From Octopus bimaculoides (lineage: Eukaryota): a DNA stretch of 51,412 bases. Positions within the stretch are counted from its first letter, which is position 1. Every line of letters starts with the position of its first letter. Positions 1 through 12,934 of the stretch are shown piece by piece. Under the pieces are notes generated by a model. That model had not been told where the DNA came from. It worked only from the letters and a program-made list of their open reading frames with translations, and did no database searches. The position numbers were made by a program, and so were the translations under genes. The stretch spans positions 39,221,806 to 39,273,217 of the forward strand of contig NC_068981.1 in assembly GCF_001194135.2 (NCBI RefSeq), in the 5' to 3' direction.

Positions 1-24
1 ATATGTACAAACACACACATACAT

Positions 25-71
<47 letters not shown>

Positions 72-175
72 TGTAGATATATTACACATGTATATAGCAT
101 AAACATATAGTTATTACACACACACACACACATACACACATATACAAGCATAAAAATAAAAGGATGTGTGTGTTT

Positions 176-208
<33 letters not shown>
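1..208. repeat. Compound (TA)n/(CA)n/(TACA)n and (TG)n microsatellites
   Basis: Directly visible dinucleotide runs at 1-140 and 165-208. Confidence 0.95.
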
Positions 209-379
209 AATATTGAAAAACTTAATTTAGTAATTCATATTTAGATTTCATCTATACTTTTTTTTACATACATATTTATACCTGTCAAAACAAAACTTGA
301 ATTGTCGTTTATGTTATGTAACTTGCCTGTTTAACTAGTAGAGTACAATAATATAAATACTGAATAGAAATAAATAATT

Positions 380-500
380 TGAGTTGATTCTCTTCTCTTT
401 ATCCTTCTCTTATTTTCATATCAAACAACTCTTGAAGGTAGTGCCCTAGCAGGACTTCACACCAATTATTGAAACCAGTAAAAATAAATTTAAAAATAAA
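380..500 (+). mobile_element. Degenerate SINE 3' fragment
   Basis: cttgaaggtagtgccctagcagg...attgaaaccagtaaaaataaa resembles the 3' ends of the SINE copies at 9180-9235 and 50440-50497. Confidence 0.5.
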
Positions 501-779
501 GAAATTAAAGCAAAAAATGAAATGAGTTTCTGTTTGTTTATTAGACAATAGAATTTGAATAAAGGCTGTAATCTAAAAAGCTAATGTATGTAGTTCATTA
601 TTTATATAATTTTATTTTTTACATATTTACTAATAACTCAACTCATTAGATTTCAATTATGTATGTAATGACTTATTTTTTAATATATCTGCTCTCATCA
701 ATGAACGACATTTGACAACATTATTCATAGCAGTTGAACTTTTCCAGTAACACTACATACATAACATATGAAATTTCAA

Positions 780-1220
780 ACTGTTTCTCAAACTGATTTG
801 TTTCCCCAATGCAATAAAAATTCTTAAGCCTTGATTAGTTCCTTTTAACAAAGCTCAAGTTAGACCCATAACTGTTCAACATCTGGGGTGGCACCATAGC
901 TATTCATAGAAACATCATGAACCAGATTCAAAAGAATGCTCTTTGAGTAATTAGCAAAGACATGACAATTTCCGGTCTCACAGATATGCTTCCTCACTAT
1001 GTTTATTACTTAGGATCTGAACTGGCTTGTCACACCCCATTCTCCTCCCATTATGCTCACCACCAGGCTATAGATATGGACATATGGGTGTTCTAACTGA
1101 ACATCAATTGTAACAATAGTATTAGAGGATTTGTGAACATCATAAGAATTGCTTTGTCTCTCTCCTAAGTCAGCCTCTGTGTATCACACATTTGATACGA
1201 GGATATTTCTGAGCTCATGC
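780..1220 (+). mobile_element. Possible very old Tc1/mariner transposase relic
   Basis: Slightly GC-richer block with stops in all frames. The segment near 1040-1100 (...gctatagatatggacatatgggtg) loosely recalls the WPPNSPDLNPLD..IW region. Weak recall only. Confidence 0.2.
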
Positions 1221-2199
1221 TAGATTATTTATCTGTGATTATTAATGATTAATTCACAAGGTTTTATTAATGATTTGCTTAACTAAAAATATTTTATTAT
1301 TGAATGCAGATAACTAAGCAATTATCCAAATGGGTAAAGATAACCTTTCTATGAACAAAAGAGTCTCTTGCAATTTCCGTTCCTACTGGTACAAACAGCC
1401 TCTTCTCGAATTACATCTTGTTGCCATAAAGAAGCAATGATGTATTGGGTGAGTAATGTAGTCACTGGCATACAAAACATGGATGATCATGGCTGGCAGG
1501 CTTGTCCTGGGGGTTGAACAACTTCTAATAAGTTTTGATTAATCTAAAGAACACAAAGAATAACATAATATTTGTATTATATACATAACTTTTAATTAAC
1601 GATAAATGATAAATGCTTATCAATGTGTCTTTACAAGGTCTTTTAAGATGTATGCAAATATTGTAGAATTAAGAATTCAAATCTAATCAAAACTTTGTCT
1701 TGAGAAAATTTGAAACAATATCTTAGCAACCAGCTCTAGTTTAGTAATATATATGCAGTATAAGAGAATGTAATAACATTCTCTAAAGACCAGTCTGACC
1801 TGTTTCAATGATTATTCTATGACTTAATATTCACAGAGAACCAGACTGAGCACTTATAATTTAGGTTAAATACTTAATAAGAAAACAATAGAGTAATATA
1901 AAATAGAAAGGTATTAATATTGTGTCAAGAAATGTAGGTAGGCGGTATTACCTTTAATTACTTATTTCAGTATTTTAGTATTTAACTTATTCTCGCTATT
2001 TAAAATACCTTTACACTTTTGTTTTGTTATTTTTACTTTGATTTTTCATAATCTATGTAAAATATTTATGTTTGTATCATCTTAGAAAGCATTTATCTTA
2101 ATCATTCACATTTTCATTTAATGCTCATGCCCTGTCTGTTACATTCGCCGATTAAATATATTTTTGCATTTTGCAGATATTCTTTAGAATAATTATCAA

Positions 2200-2643
2200 C
2201 ATTGATGCAATCATTTTCATTAACATTGATGAGCTTGACAATGATAATGATAGTTTTCACCAACAATACCAACATCATTATTGCCATAATTTTCCATATT
2301 GTTACCATTGTAGTTTTCACAATAACAATCAACAACAAGATAGTTGTTGTTATCATCATCATCATCATTAGTTATTTTTCAATTCTGTGTTCTAATCATC
2401 ATCATCATTACTATAATAGTTGTAGATACTCTCTTCCTTTTCTTTCTCGACTTTCTCTTCCCACTCCAAACCTTCATCATTGTTCTCATCCTCACATCAT
2501 CATCATCATCTTCACCACCACACCACACTATACCACACCACACTATACCACACCACACCACCACCACCACCACCACCACCACCACCACCACTGCTGCAAC
2601 CACCTCTGTCCCCACTGCCACCACTACCACCACCACAATCACC

Positions 2644-2675
<32 letters not shown>

Positions 2676-2690
2676 CATAATCACAAGAAC
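2200..2690. repeat. Compound trinucleotide microsatellite (CAT)n/(CAC)n/(CAA)n
   Basis: Visible runs; explains the poly-His/Thr/Pro/Met/Val ORFs in the track. Confidence 0.95.
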
Positions 2691-3024
2691 ATTTCAATTT
2701 TTTTTAATTCACATAAAAGAAGTTCATTAAAATTACTTGTCCTGATTAAGATAATGAGATCTCAAACAAAGTATCAAAAATCTCGTGAATCGTTCTCCTT
2801 GAGAGATTAGTTTTGATTTAATGCACTTTGAGTTCAAAACTGGACAGGCCGGTAACTAATAAAAAGACAGTTCAAGCTAAAAAGGCCAGATGTCATAGTA
2901 TCTGAAATGAAATCTGTTAATTTTCTATGAAGCTAGTTTAAAATGGCTTCACTTCAAACAAAGGTTAAATGCTGGTGAAGAGAAAATCTGAACTTGAAGG
3001 TCATACATTTAGTAAGACTGTTTG

Positions 3025-3300
3025 ATGAGAGAGAGATAGAGAGAAAGAGAGAGAGAGAGGTGGGGAGAGGGAGAGGAGGAAAGAGCATGCTCACAATGGA
3101 AAATTCTATAACTGTTTCTTCAGACTCTCACAGAATTAACAGTTACTTACATGGCCATAATGATGATTATGATGTTGATCATCTTGATAAAGATCGCAGC
3201 AATGATGATATCAATGAGTATAATGATGATTTGGATGATGATAATAAAAATGATAAGGATAATGGTGACAAAAATGATAATGATAATGATTGTGAAAAGC
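3025..3300. repeat. (GA)n plus degenerate (GAT/AAT)n low-complexity tract
   Basis: Visible runs; source of the 2994..3434 Asp/Asn-rich ORF. Confidence 0.85.
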
Positions 3301-3848
3301 TAGAAAATATTCATTATATTATTGATTTCTTCTATAGACACAACATCTCACTCAGATTTATATGGCTAGGGAAAGTGAGATTGTCTGTTTGGAATATTCT
3401 TAAGTGTATTAGCAATATGAAGGAAATAAAATAGTTACAACAGTCTTAAATATAGACTGCAAACTCAGTTCAAAAAACGATACCATTCATAGTGCTTTTT
3501 CAAAAAACAATAGTGAGAAATCTCATCAACCAATTAAATAAATGCATCAGCAAGGACTTTGTCTTACTGCAATATATCAGAAGGAAGCCAACTATATGAA
3601 GCCCATTCTTTCTCAGGCTATATTAGAAAGACAAGGTGAACTTAGCTCTTTAAGCAAAAAGAAGATAATTGTTAGATTTCAGCATAGTTCTTGAGAATTT
3701 AAAAGTTATGTGTTTATTATGGCTCAATGATGAATTATTAAAATTATGTTAACTACTAACAAAAAATATTGTAGTTTCACACACTCTAAACTTGGTTAGT
3801 TATGGCCCCTTATTCTTAAGAAAAACTAATACAAATAATTATTTTAAT

Positions 3849-3893
<45 letters not shown>

Positions 3894-3899
3894 CATAAT

Positions 3900-4700
3900 C
3901 ACTACAATATTTGTTTCTAACACTGCAACAAAGCTAGAAATGCAGGGAGGGAATTAGATGATTTATTCAACAGCAGCATATGACTTGAAGGTACTTAATA
4001 TCATTGACATGAGAAGGATGAAAGGCAAAATTGATCCCAGCAGGATTTGAACACAGAATGTAAGGAACTCTAATCAAATACTGCAAAGCCATTTTTTTAA
4101 CATTCTAAACATTCAGCCAATCCACCCAGCTTGATAGCTGTAATAACAAATTACTACATAGGTACAAAGCCACCAATTTCAGGGTGATTGGTACTGTATT
4201 TTATTGAACTTCAGGAGGATGAAAGACAAAGTTGACCCCAACCAGACTTGAAGTCAAGATTCAATCAGTTACAAGTAAATACAGCAATGTATTCTTTCTA
4301 ATGCTGTAATGGGCTACCAGTCTACCAAGCTTGATGACTGTAAGAATGAGTTCTAACATAGGTTTAAGATCTCATATTTAAGGGAAGCAAGAGAATGATT
4401 TTATTGACTGCAGTACTTTATTGGTTTTTATTTATGAAGCTGATTCACAGAGCCAACTCAGGGGAAATTTGAACTTGGAATGTAAAGAGATGAAAGTAAA
4501 TATCACATTGCATTTTGTGCCAATCCATCACCCCATGACAACTCGAATAAGGATAGTTTCTTTTGACAAAGTTTAAGGCCAGCTTTCACATGGTAGGATT
4601 TATAGCTGATTGAATTAAAATAATACATTATAGATATCTATTTTATTAACCCCTGCAAGATGAATATGCAATTTGATTCTTTAACTTTTGAAAAGTCAAA
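3900..4700 (-). mobile_element. Four head-to-tail degenerate copies of a tRNA-derived SINE
   Basis: Units at ~3905-4135, 4150-4335, 4350-4530 and 4555-4690 resemble the better-preserved copy at 50811-51025 (ggatgaaaggcaaa.ttga...atttgaac); the third and fourth units are strongly decayed. Confidence 0.65.
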
Positions 4701-5589
4701 TTTGAAGTAGATCATTTGAAGTTAACAACATGAATATCTATATGAAGCATATACAACTGGGCTCTAAGAGCATCTCTTGATGGTTTCCTCTTAATGTAGG
4801 TTATCTAGTGGAAGGTAGCCAGATGGAACTTATAGGGGATAATCATAGGAGAATAAATTCCTTCTTGAACTTTACAACACTCTTCAGTTATATAATCCTT
4901 CTGTTTGCCAAACAATGGACTTTCTTTTATAGAACTTCTTGTAGTGAGTTATTTGAGCAGTAAGCATATTGGCTACGTGCACAGTCTTCTCTAGAAATAA
5001 GATTTTGCTGTTTAGTTGGCAGAGTCAGAGCCCTCATTGACCTGTATAACAGTACTCATGGACACTGTATTTTGTATCAACCCCCTCCTTATTTTCTCTT
5101 TCTTCCTTTTCTTTTTCTCCTTCCCTCTCTCTTCCTCATCCCCCTCTCTCTCTGTCTTTCTAAGGCCATTCAGCTCTCTGGCAACTATTTTTATCTAGCC
5201 AAGGACAAACTGCTATACAATTCATTTATCCTTAAGAAGAAAGCACTTGGCAGTTCCCATGCCTTGTTGTGTACTGAGAAAGCATTAGGTTGATAAATGG
5301 GTTATTTGAATGATTCAATCTATATGGCAATTTCTTAAAACATTATTATATACGTATTTATTCTATCATAGCCTTGTACTAAATTTACCACGATGTTCAT
5401 TAAATTAACTCAGTTCTCACACCATACAAAGAACAATATTGAATCAGAAGCAAATGGTTTGTGAATGAAAATTGAACAGATATAAGAGCAGAAAACATTG
5501 AAGCACTTTGCTCACTCCTCTCAACATATATTGACAAATTATTCAATTTCTGGTTTAGGCATTTAACAAGCACACTTAAAATACTTATA

Positions 5590-6135
5590 GGGGCATGACT
5601 TTATAGTTAAGACTGCTTGATTTCCAGCTCAGTCACACTGTGTGACACCTTGGGCAAGTGTCTTTCCCCATAGTTCTGAAACAACCAAAGATTTATGAGT
5701 AGATTTGATAGACAGAAACTAAAAGAAGCCTATTGTATGTGCATGTGTTTGTGTGTGTGCTTGTGTGTGTGTATGTGAATGTGTGTGTGTGTTTGCTTAT
5801 GTGTGTGTACGTGTGTGTATGTGTGTGAGTGTAGTTACACACACATATATATAGACACATATACATGTATGTAAATATGTATGTACATATGTGTGTGTGT
5901 ATGCATGTGTGTATGTAAGTGTGTACATGTTTCTATCTCCTTGTTGTGATAGTCGTAAATGTTAGTCAATGTCATTCATTCCCAATTATCTCTGAGACCA
6001 TACCTGGCATGGGAAAATATTACTTTGCTTGGAAATAGGTAAAAATTGGTAACAGGAAAAACATCTGGCTGTAGAAAATCTGCCTCAGTAAACTCCATCT
6101 GATTTATGCAGGCATGAAAAAGTAGGTATTAAAAT
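5590..6135 (+). mobile_element. CORE-type SINE with internal (TG)n, followed by an RTE-like tail
   Basis: gtgacaccttgggcaagtgtctt CORE-like motif at ~5642-5665, same family as 50121-50497 and 51229-51412. The tail ...ggctgtagaaaatctgcc...gcatgaaaaagtaggtattaaaatggtgatg matches the RTE tails elsewhere. Confidence 0.75.
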
Positions 6136-6280
6136 GGTGATGGTGGTGGCGGTGGTGGTGGCAGCGTCGGTGGTGGCATCGGTGGCGGTGGCGGCGGCGT
6201 CGGTGGCGGTGGCGGTGGCGGCGGTGGCGGTGGTGGTTGTGATGCCAGTAGTGGTGGTTGGGTTGATGTTAGTGGTGCCA
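6135..6280. repeat. (GGT/GGC)n microsatellite
   Basis: Visible run. Confidence 0.95.
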
Positions 6281-6623
6281 TCATTAGAGAATCTGAAACA
6301 GCCCTTTCTGCTTACCAACTCACACTCATAGACTCTCAACATTCTCACTATGTGTCTGTATGTTCATGTGTATGTGTGCATTCTAACAAACGATACAAAT
6401 CACCATCACAGGAATGTTGATAACAACAACAATAATTATAACATCTGGAATTTAGAAAAGACTTGCATGTTTATTGTTCCATTTATTAACTACATTAGCA
6501 GAGAGCATGTTAGCCAGTCCCTTTCTTTGCCTGAAAGTCTTAGCTTTTCCATATTGTCACTTAGACATTTACTAACATAAGCATGTGTCCAAATCATTAT
6601 TGGTATAATTCTGAATTTACCAG

Positions 6624-6719
6624 GGTGGACGAGCTGCAAGTTTTGAAACTATTGTCCATATATGCTCTCCTTTTTGCTGATTTTGGAAGAGATATTTACA
6701 TCTGTAGGGCAGCTAAACG
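6624..6719 (+). CDS. Candidate internal exon (phase 2-2) VDELQVLKLLSIYALLFADFGRDIYICRAAK(R), unknown protein
   Basis: Acceptor aatttaccag|G; weak donor CG|gtacaa; 96 nt open. The antisense strand also gives a plausible 81-nt exon (6704-6624), so the strand is ambiguous. Confidence 0.3.
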
Positions 6720-7278
6720 GTACAACTCTACAATATTTTTCTTTTCTGTCCCAAATATCTATATCAGGCATATTATGTTTACATTTAGTATAAGTTTTGA
6801 TGAGAATGTGCCAATAATATCCCCTGTCCTGATATGTATAAATTCAATAACAAAGGCATTGTTTATATTTATCCCAGAGCTGTTTTTCTGCAGATGACAT
6901 TGTATATTGTTTCCGCAATAACATCATATCACTGTGAGCAATAGTACGTTGATGACAGCTGTTAATTACATGTGGTGTATCCTGCACAGAAGAGTGACAT
7001 AATAGACATTTACAGTTGCATCTTGGAAGTCTAAGGGCATTCCTGTCATGATTGTTCATTAATATTAGATATTTTGTAGGCATTTTTTGTTCTTGGACTG
7101 CAAAAGCATAACCTATGAGAAGTGACATGTGAAGCAGTATCAAATCCAAGAGAGGCTACACTTCAATGTTATTGTCTTTCTCAAGTTTACAGGAAATAAC
7201 ACATGCATCACATTTTTGAGGTTTGTAAAATGTTTCTTTTTCAGTCTCTAGTGACATGTGCTAGTCCTCCATTTCTAG

Positions 7279-7402
7279 GTTCACAAGGGAGGTCATCAGA
7301 AAGAGAAGGCTTCTTGGGGAGTTCATTGCCGGCCTACAAGATGTTATTCATTACACTTTTGGGCACTTGGCTGTTATATCTATTATTATTGCACTTGTTT
7401 AA
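7279..7402 (+). CDS. Candidate terminal exon FTREVIRKRRLLGEFIAGLQDVIHYTFGHLAVISIIIALV* with a hydrophobic C-terminus
   Basis: Acceptor ctccatttctag|G; phase matches the 6624-6719 exon; ends in tandem stops TAA TAG. No homolog recognised. Confidence 0.3.
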
Positions 7403-8944
7403 TAGATACAGTGTGAGTAAAACCATAAAGCAGTCAAAGCCTGTTTGCACTAACCTTAAACTTTTTCTTCCCTTTTCTTTTTATATAGAGTCTGTTAATA
7501 TCGCTGTTTCTGTGGAAATTGGTAACTGATGTTAGGATCTTGAGGGCTTTAATACTTATTGAGCAGATTTCCTCTACAAACCAGTCAAAAATCCTAAATG
7601 TTGATATCAGTATTGGTACTGAAAATGCAATTTGAGATATTGTCTTGTTGTAGGAGAAAAATTCTGACTGCCATATCATTTTAAGTCTGATATTTTATTC
7701 ATTGGTCTCTCTGTCTCTATTCAATGCACATTCGTAGGATGTATTTTCACCAATACTTAGGTATCTGTAGCACTCATTGTGTGAGACAAGGAAGATAGAG
7801 AAAAACCTTAAATGTAAAGATTTTGAGTTTGCAGCATAGTATCCTTGTGTTTAATTGTGACATACAAAGATACGCTCTCACCATATTATGTACATATACT
7901 TAGATTCACCCACCTACCATCCTTGGTAAAAGTAGCTACTATCTTCTCTTTGAAAATGACCTGGATATCTGAGAGAGTCTATTTTGTATGTGCTCTTAGT
8001 AGTTATTATCCCCATGCTCCTGCCACATGTAAAGTTTTTCATCTCTGTTAGTCATCCTATGATTCCACTGCACCTCTCTTTTCAACACCCAAAACTTGGT
8101 CTTTTCCTTGATGGTAGCAGAGTCCTGGGTTCTCTCCTACCAACTTTAGTTTTTGCTAAGTTTATTTCAAGGCATCTCACTTCTAGATTTTTGCTGTTAT
8201 ATCTGGAATTTCATTTTTAATTTTACTGCAGATTCAGTCATTCCATTTCTATCATCTCACATTTGCTTTCCTCCACCAGCTATATTGAGTCTTCTTATTT
8301 CATTGCTGTCGTTTTTATTCACTTTTCTATTCACAAAGCTTTGAGTGAATGATTGCATTATAGAGTAGTGAGGTCTCCCTACTCTTACAAAGAACAGTTA
8401 ACTTTCTGTAAAATGGTTTGTCAATGAGAAATGTAGGCTCAAGAGGAGCCTTTTAGTTTTGTTGAAGACATGGCAACCTTACACATGTTGGTGCCACAAT
8501 AAAATGTCCCCAATATAATGTGTAAAATCAAGGATTGAGTGAGTGGGTTCTTCATGTTGAGAGCATGACAACCTTACTAGTATTGTTGCTACAATAAAAT
8601 ACACCCAGCACCCTCTATAAATTAACCATGGTATTTTGAAAGGCCTTAAGCAATAGAAATCAAGCCAAAAATAAATAAAACGTTCACACAAAACATGACA
8701 CCTGACACTTTTAGGAGGACAGTGACCTCAAATAAAACTGATTTGGAGTGTGATGACTGGTCAAATGTCCATGCTTGCATGAAAGTGAGCATGAAATGAT
8801 AATACTGAGGAGGAGCAGGGGATGAGTATGTCTTTGATTTCAGTTCATAACTAATACTGTTTAATTCTAGATGTACAGATAAAAATGATATCAACTCCCA
8901 AAGTAGAAAAAGTGGCAGGCTTTAACAACCAATAAAGTTTTCAA

Positions 8945-8991
8945 AGATATTCTCTCAAAAAGCTGGTAGACAGAAACTGAAAGAAACCCAT

Positions 8992-9045
<54 letters not shown>

Positions 9046-9235
9046 AGCCCCACCACTGGTGTTGGAGTGTCTATATCACAGTAACTTAGTGGTTTGACAA
9101 AAGAGACCTATAGAATAAGTACCAGGCTTTACACAAAAAGTTAAGTTCTGGGTTTCATTCATTTGACTAAAATTCTTCAAGGCAGTGCCCCAGCTTGGCC
9201 ACAGTCTAATGACTGAAACAAATAAAAGATAAAAA
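8945..9235 (+). mobile_element. CORE-family SINE, 3' half with (TG)n
   Basis: ggtagacagaaactgaaagaaacccatc-(TG)n-...gaataagtaccaggcttac...gactgaaacaaataaaag, matching 50121-50497. Confidence 0.8.
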
Positions 9236-9439
9236 CTTCTGACAATCTTATTGTTTCCAAAATAATAATTTGATTCCTGTGACAATTGTTATGTAAGTAA
9301 CCTGCCATACTACAATGCTTAATAGTAACGATGTAATCAATTACTAAATGTATATGGACAACTGCAAACTCTTCCATTAGTGATGAGTTGGGTTCTTTAA
9401 TCATGTTTCTAAAGAATTTTCAGTAAAGATATTAGAATG

Positions 9440-10715
9440 CATTCTTCTAATAAAGGAAGACAAAATATAAAATCTGAGGGAATCAAATTATGAAGAGAGG
9501 AGGGGCATAAATATTTGGTTATGTTGCAGGAGATAGAGTGAAACAGAACAAAATGGCAATATTTGGAATGAATTTAATATCAGAATCAGAAAGAAATAAA
9601 ATAAAGTGGAAGATAGCCTTTAATTATAGGGATCAAAATGAGTTCCATACCAATTCTGAAATATTCTGTAGCTGGATGGAAAAAAATGAACTGAGGGTAA
9701 CTGAAAGAAGCATTAGAAAGTTTTTAACAATGTATGATGCATTTAACAATGCTTTTAACAAAGCTTTTAACATTGCATATCCATGAAGCAATGCTAGCAG
9801 AGTGTATATATCAAGAAAAGCGAAAAGCAGAGGATTACTTAGTGTAACAGACACAGCACTCTTGCCAATGGTAGGACAAGAGAAATATGTTGTGTAAAGT
9901 GAAGATGTACATCCAGTGAAGTCAATGGCAAATATAGAAACATGGAAACAGTAATGGATTATAAATAAATGACAGATGGGAAAAGGAAAGAAAACCAGAA
10001 AAGAAAAAGTGTTATATAACAAAATGTATTAACAAAGCGAAGACATAGTACAAAAAAATAGAAATTAATGTAAGTAAACATAAAATTGTTCATAGCCTTA
10101 CAAGAAAAAAGCAATTAGAGTAAACCTTGTTAAAGTAAAAATATAGAGTAGTCAGCAAGTTAGTGGGTGTTGGATGCATAGTGAAGAAGAGAGAACTGTG
10201 AATTAATATGGTGTATGAATGTAACAAAATGATGCCAGAAAATATATTAAGGAATACACAACAGACAAATGAGAAAATGTACAATGGAAGGTTAGTAGGT
10301 GCATTAGATTCAAAGTAAATAGAGAATGGTGCCTTTACCAACTTGAAATTACTACTGATAATTATTAAGATAAAATTCTCTTGGTTTTCTCATTACAAGC
10401 TGAATAAGTAATAGAGGCAATGAGAACAAATATTATCATTATAAAGTAAAAAGGCAAAGAAGGCAAACTTATACATTTTGCTATAACATACAAGAGTAAA
10501 GTTGAACTAAAAAAAGGGAAAGTTATGAGAGAAAGGCTCAGGGACATACTGATGAAAGCTACCCTTGTTGTCATAAGACCACTGAAAAGAAGAACAACAA
10601 AACATCTCCTGAAGTTGTTGAGCAGCTTCAGAAATTGAAACAGAGAGGTGCAGAAAACTCATTTCTGCTTGAGAAAAAAAATAATTCTGAAAGTCCCTGA
10701 GAGATGAGGGCACAT
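9440..10715 (+). mobile_element. Decayed R4/Dong-clade non-LTR retrotransposon, post-RT to C-terminal part
   Basis: Broken frames give RVYISRKAKSRGLLSVTD (cf. the RLY.PRK.GGRGL motif), HKYL..LQ, and a C-terminal remnant near 10600-10700. Confidence 0.65.
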
Positions 10716-10771
10716 GTCATAACATATCAAAACATTTATCCATCAATATAATGAGTGTGGAACTCTGATAA

Positions 10772-10774
<3 letters not shown>

Positions 10775-10805
<31 letters not shown>

Positions 10806-10918
10806 CGATGACGACAACGATGATGATGATGATGATGGTGGTGGTGATGATGATTATGATGATGATGATGATGACGACGACGATGACGATGATGATGATA
10901 ATGATGATGATGATGATG
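10775..10918. repeat. (GAT)n microsatellite
   Basis: Visible run of about 48 units with GAC/GGT variants. Confidence 0.97.
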
Positions 10919-11700
10919 CTCCCACAGTTTGAAGAGAAACCTCTGTATGCCAATTTTGGAGAGCTACTGAAGACATATGTGGCAGAAAATCCTGGGACTG
11001 TTTAAAAAAGGAGCAATTAAAAAAAAGAAACAGAGAACCTTATTGTAGCAGTCCAAGATCAAGCGATAAAAACAAACAACTTGAGAAAAAATATATATGG
11101 AGAGAATGTGTCAGAAAAATGTAGAGCCTGTGGGACTTGGAAAAAGACAGTGGCACATATTGTGGCAGGATGTCCCAAGTTGGCACAGGAAGAATATAAA
11201 AATGGAGGCATGGCCAAGTGGTAAAAGTTTTACACTGGAAGATTTACCAGAAATGAGGATTTGAAGATGGAAACACATGGTACAGTAATTGGGTTGAAAG
11301 AGCTTAAAGTTGGAGAAATGTAAGATTTTGTGGTACTTTCCTATTCAAATGGACAAGAAATTAGAAAATAATAGAATAGATGTAATGATTGATCAGGAAA
11401 ATTGAAGCGGCTTACTAATCGACCCATCAAACCCATTTGAGTCTAAGATCATAAAGGAAGAGGATGAAAAACAAAACAAATACAATCCCTTAAAATTTCA
11501 AATAGGAGAAATTTGGAATATGAGAACTCTAAAGGTCATACCTATAATAATTGGTGCACTGGGAACAGTAAGCAAAGATATAGACAAATGGCTGAAGGGG
11601 ATTGACTAGAATGCCCTGTAGAGCTTCTACAGAAAGTTTGTCTCTTAGGGACAACAAGGATTATCAGGAGGGTTCTAAGCACTTGAAAAACTGCTGGAAA
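10919..11700 (+). mobile_element. 5'-truncated R4/Dong-clade retrotransposon: CCHC zinc knuckle and restriction-like endonuclease domain
   Basis: With frameshifts it reads ETENLIVAVQDQAIKTNNLRKNIYGENVSEKCRACGTWKKTVAHIVAGCPKLAQEEYK (C-x2-C-x8-H-x4-C) and ...KVIPIIIGALGTVSKDIDKWLKGI*LECPVELLQKVCLLGTTRIIRRVLST*. Confidence 0.9.
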
Positions 11701-11750
11701 CTTGTGGATGCCTAAGGGTACCTGCATAAATCCTATCAGGAATAAGACCA

Positions 11751-11809
11751 AACCTGCACTTATATCTTAACCCTTTACCAAACTGCAGTTATATCTTAAC
11801 CCTTTACCA
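11751..11809. repeat. ~29-bp tandem duplication (aaactgcacttatatcttaaccctttacc-like unit x2)
   Basis: Two near-identical adjacent copies visible. Confidence 0.85.
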
Positions 11810-12934
11810 TCCATATTCTGTCAAATGTAATACTTATTTAGAATATCTTTCATAATATATCTGTTTGTTCAGTGCTGAGCTGGAGTTAAATGATTCAGTA
11901 ATGGCAGTAGATGAAAAACTAAAACCTATTCTATAGAAAGTAGTGTATGTTCAACGTGGATCCTTTTTCTCCAAATTAATACCCGCAAAAGTGTTAACAA
12001 AACTAAAACATCTTTCTCTGTACACATGGGCAGAATTTAAATATATTTTGCACGGCTATTGTAGCCATCAACACATGAAATAAATTGTGTTGCTACATAC
12101 CTATATTTTAGAAGAAATTTCTATTGCATTTCCCTCTTTGTATGACCCATAGCTTTTCTAGTATATGATATATTGAACATAGCTGGGCCATGTGTACAGA
12201 GACTAAATGACTTGTTGAGAAAAAATCGCTCAAGCAAAAGAAATAAATTTCTTTTTGTTTAGCAATCCTTATCTTCTACAGTTTCTGAAATAGTGGAGCA
12301 GATATTTAAGAAAGCAATTAATCAAGTAACAAAATGAATGTAATGAAATGGCAGCACCTAATTGCTTGGTATATTGTATATTGTTGTTGTTTAATACCAG
12401 GTCATCCTTGATTGAGTAAACCCATGACTGAAGACATTTCAACAGTGATCAGACTGTCTATTTTTCCTGACAGAGCATCTTGGACTATAGTATCTAATAT
12501 GTCCACAAGGGCCAATGTTAAACATAAGCTAAATGAAACGATCTCCTCAGGAACCACATAGATTCTGAACAACTTTGATAAAATTTCTTTGTCCAACTAA
12601 ATCTACAAAAATTACTAATAGAGTCAGCAGTAATAAATGTGTGGGTGCCAAGAGGGTTGTGTTACATTATGACATGCTAAATTATTTGGCATGAATCATT
12701 TCAAATTTTTCCAGAAAACAGATTTACTTAAAAATGTGTGATGACAAAACTGTAGATTTCTCAATTGCAAGAAATGTCATCATAAATGTTTGATTGCAAT
12801 TTCCAGCTCTTGATAAGAAGGTATAACTGGAAGAAGTGATAGAAAAAGGAAGAAAAAGAACAAAAGCTAGAATTGGGAGAAACATCTGGTTTAAGGCACT
12901 GAATATTCTGATTCTACCTGGTATTCTTTTTTAT

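Noticed and set aside
1381-1449. Perfect donor tgg|gtgagt after a ~36-codon open frame
   Set aside because: No convincing acceptor or start codon in frame; no phase match to the downstream candidate exon.
2114-2810. Long His/Thr/Pro/Val/Met-rich ORFs in several frames
   Set aside because: They come entirely from (CAT)n/(CAC)n microsatellites that lack stops in most frames; no splice or codon evidence.
2994-3434. 146-aa Asp/Asn-rich ORF
   Set aside because: Built from (GA)n and degenerate (GAT)n tracts, with a TTG start.
6844-7149. 101-aa minus-strand ORF
   Set aside because: ORFs of this length are expected by chance in 51 kb; no recognisable motif, and splice options are inconsistent with neighbouring candidates.
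7850-8350. Possible LINE RT relic on minus (IDSLRYPG resembling VDSFRYLG)
   Set aside because: A single weak motif; too degenerate to support.
10775-11005. Poly-Met ORF
   Set aside because: (GAT)n read as ATG repeats running into the R4/Dong relic.
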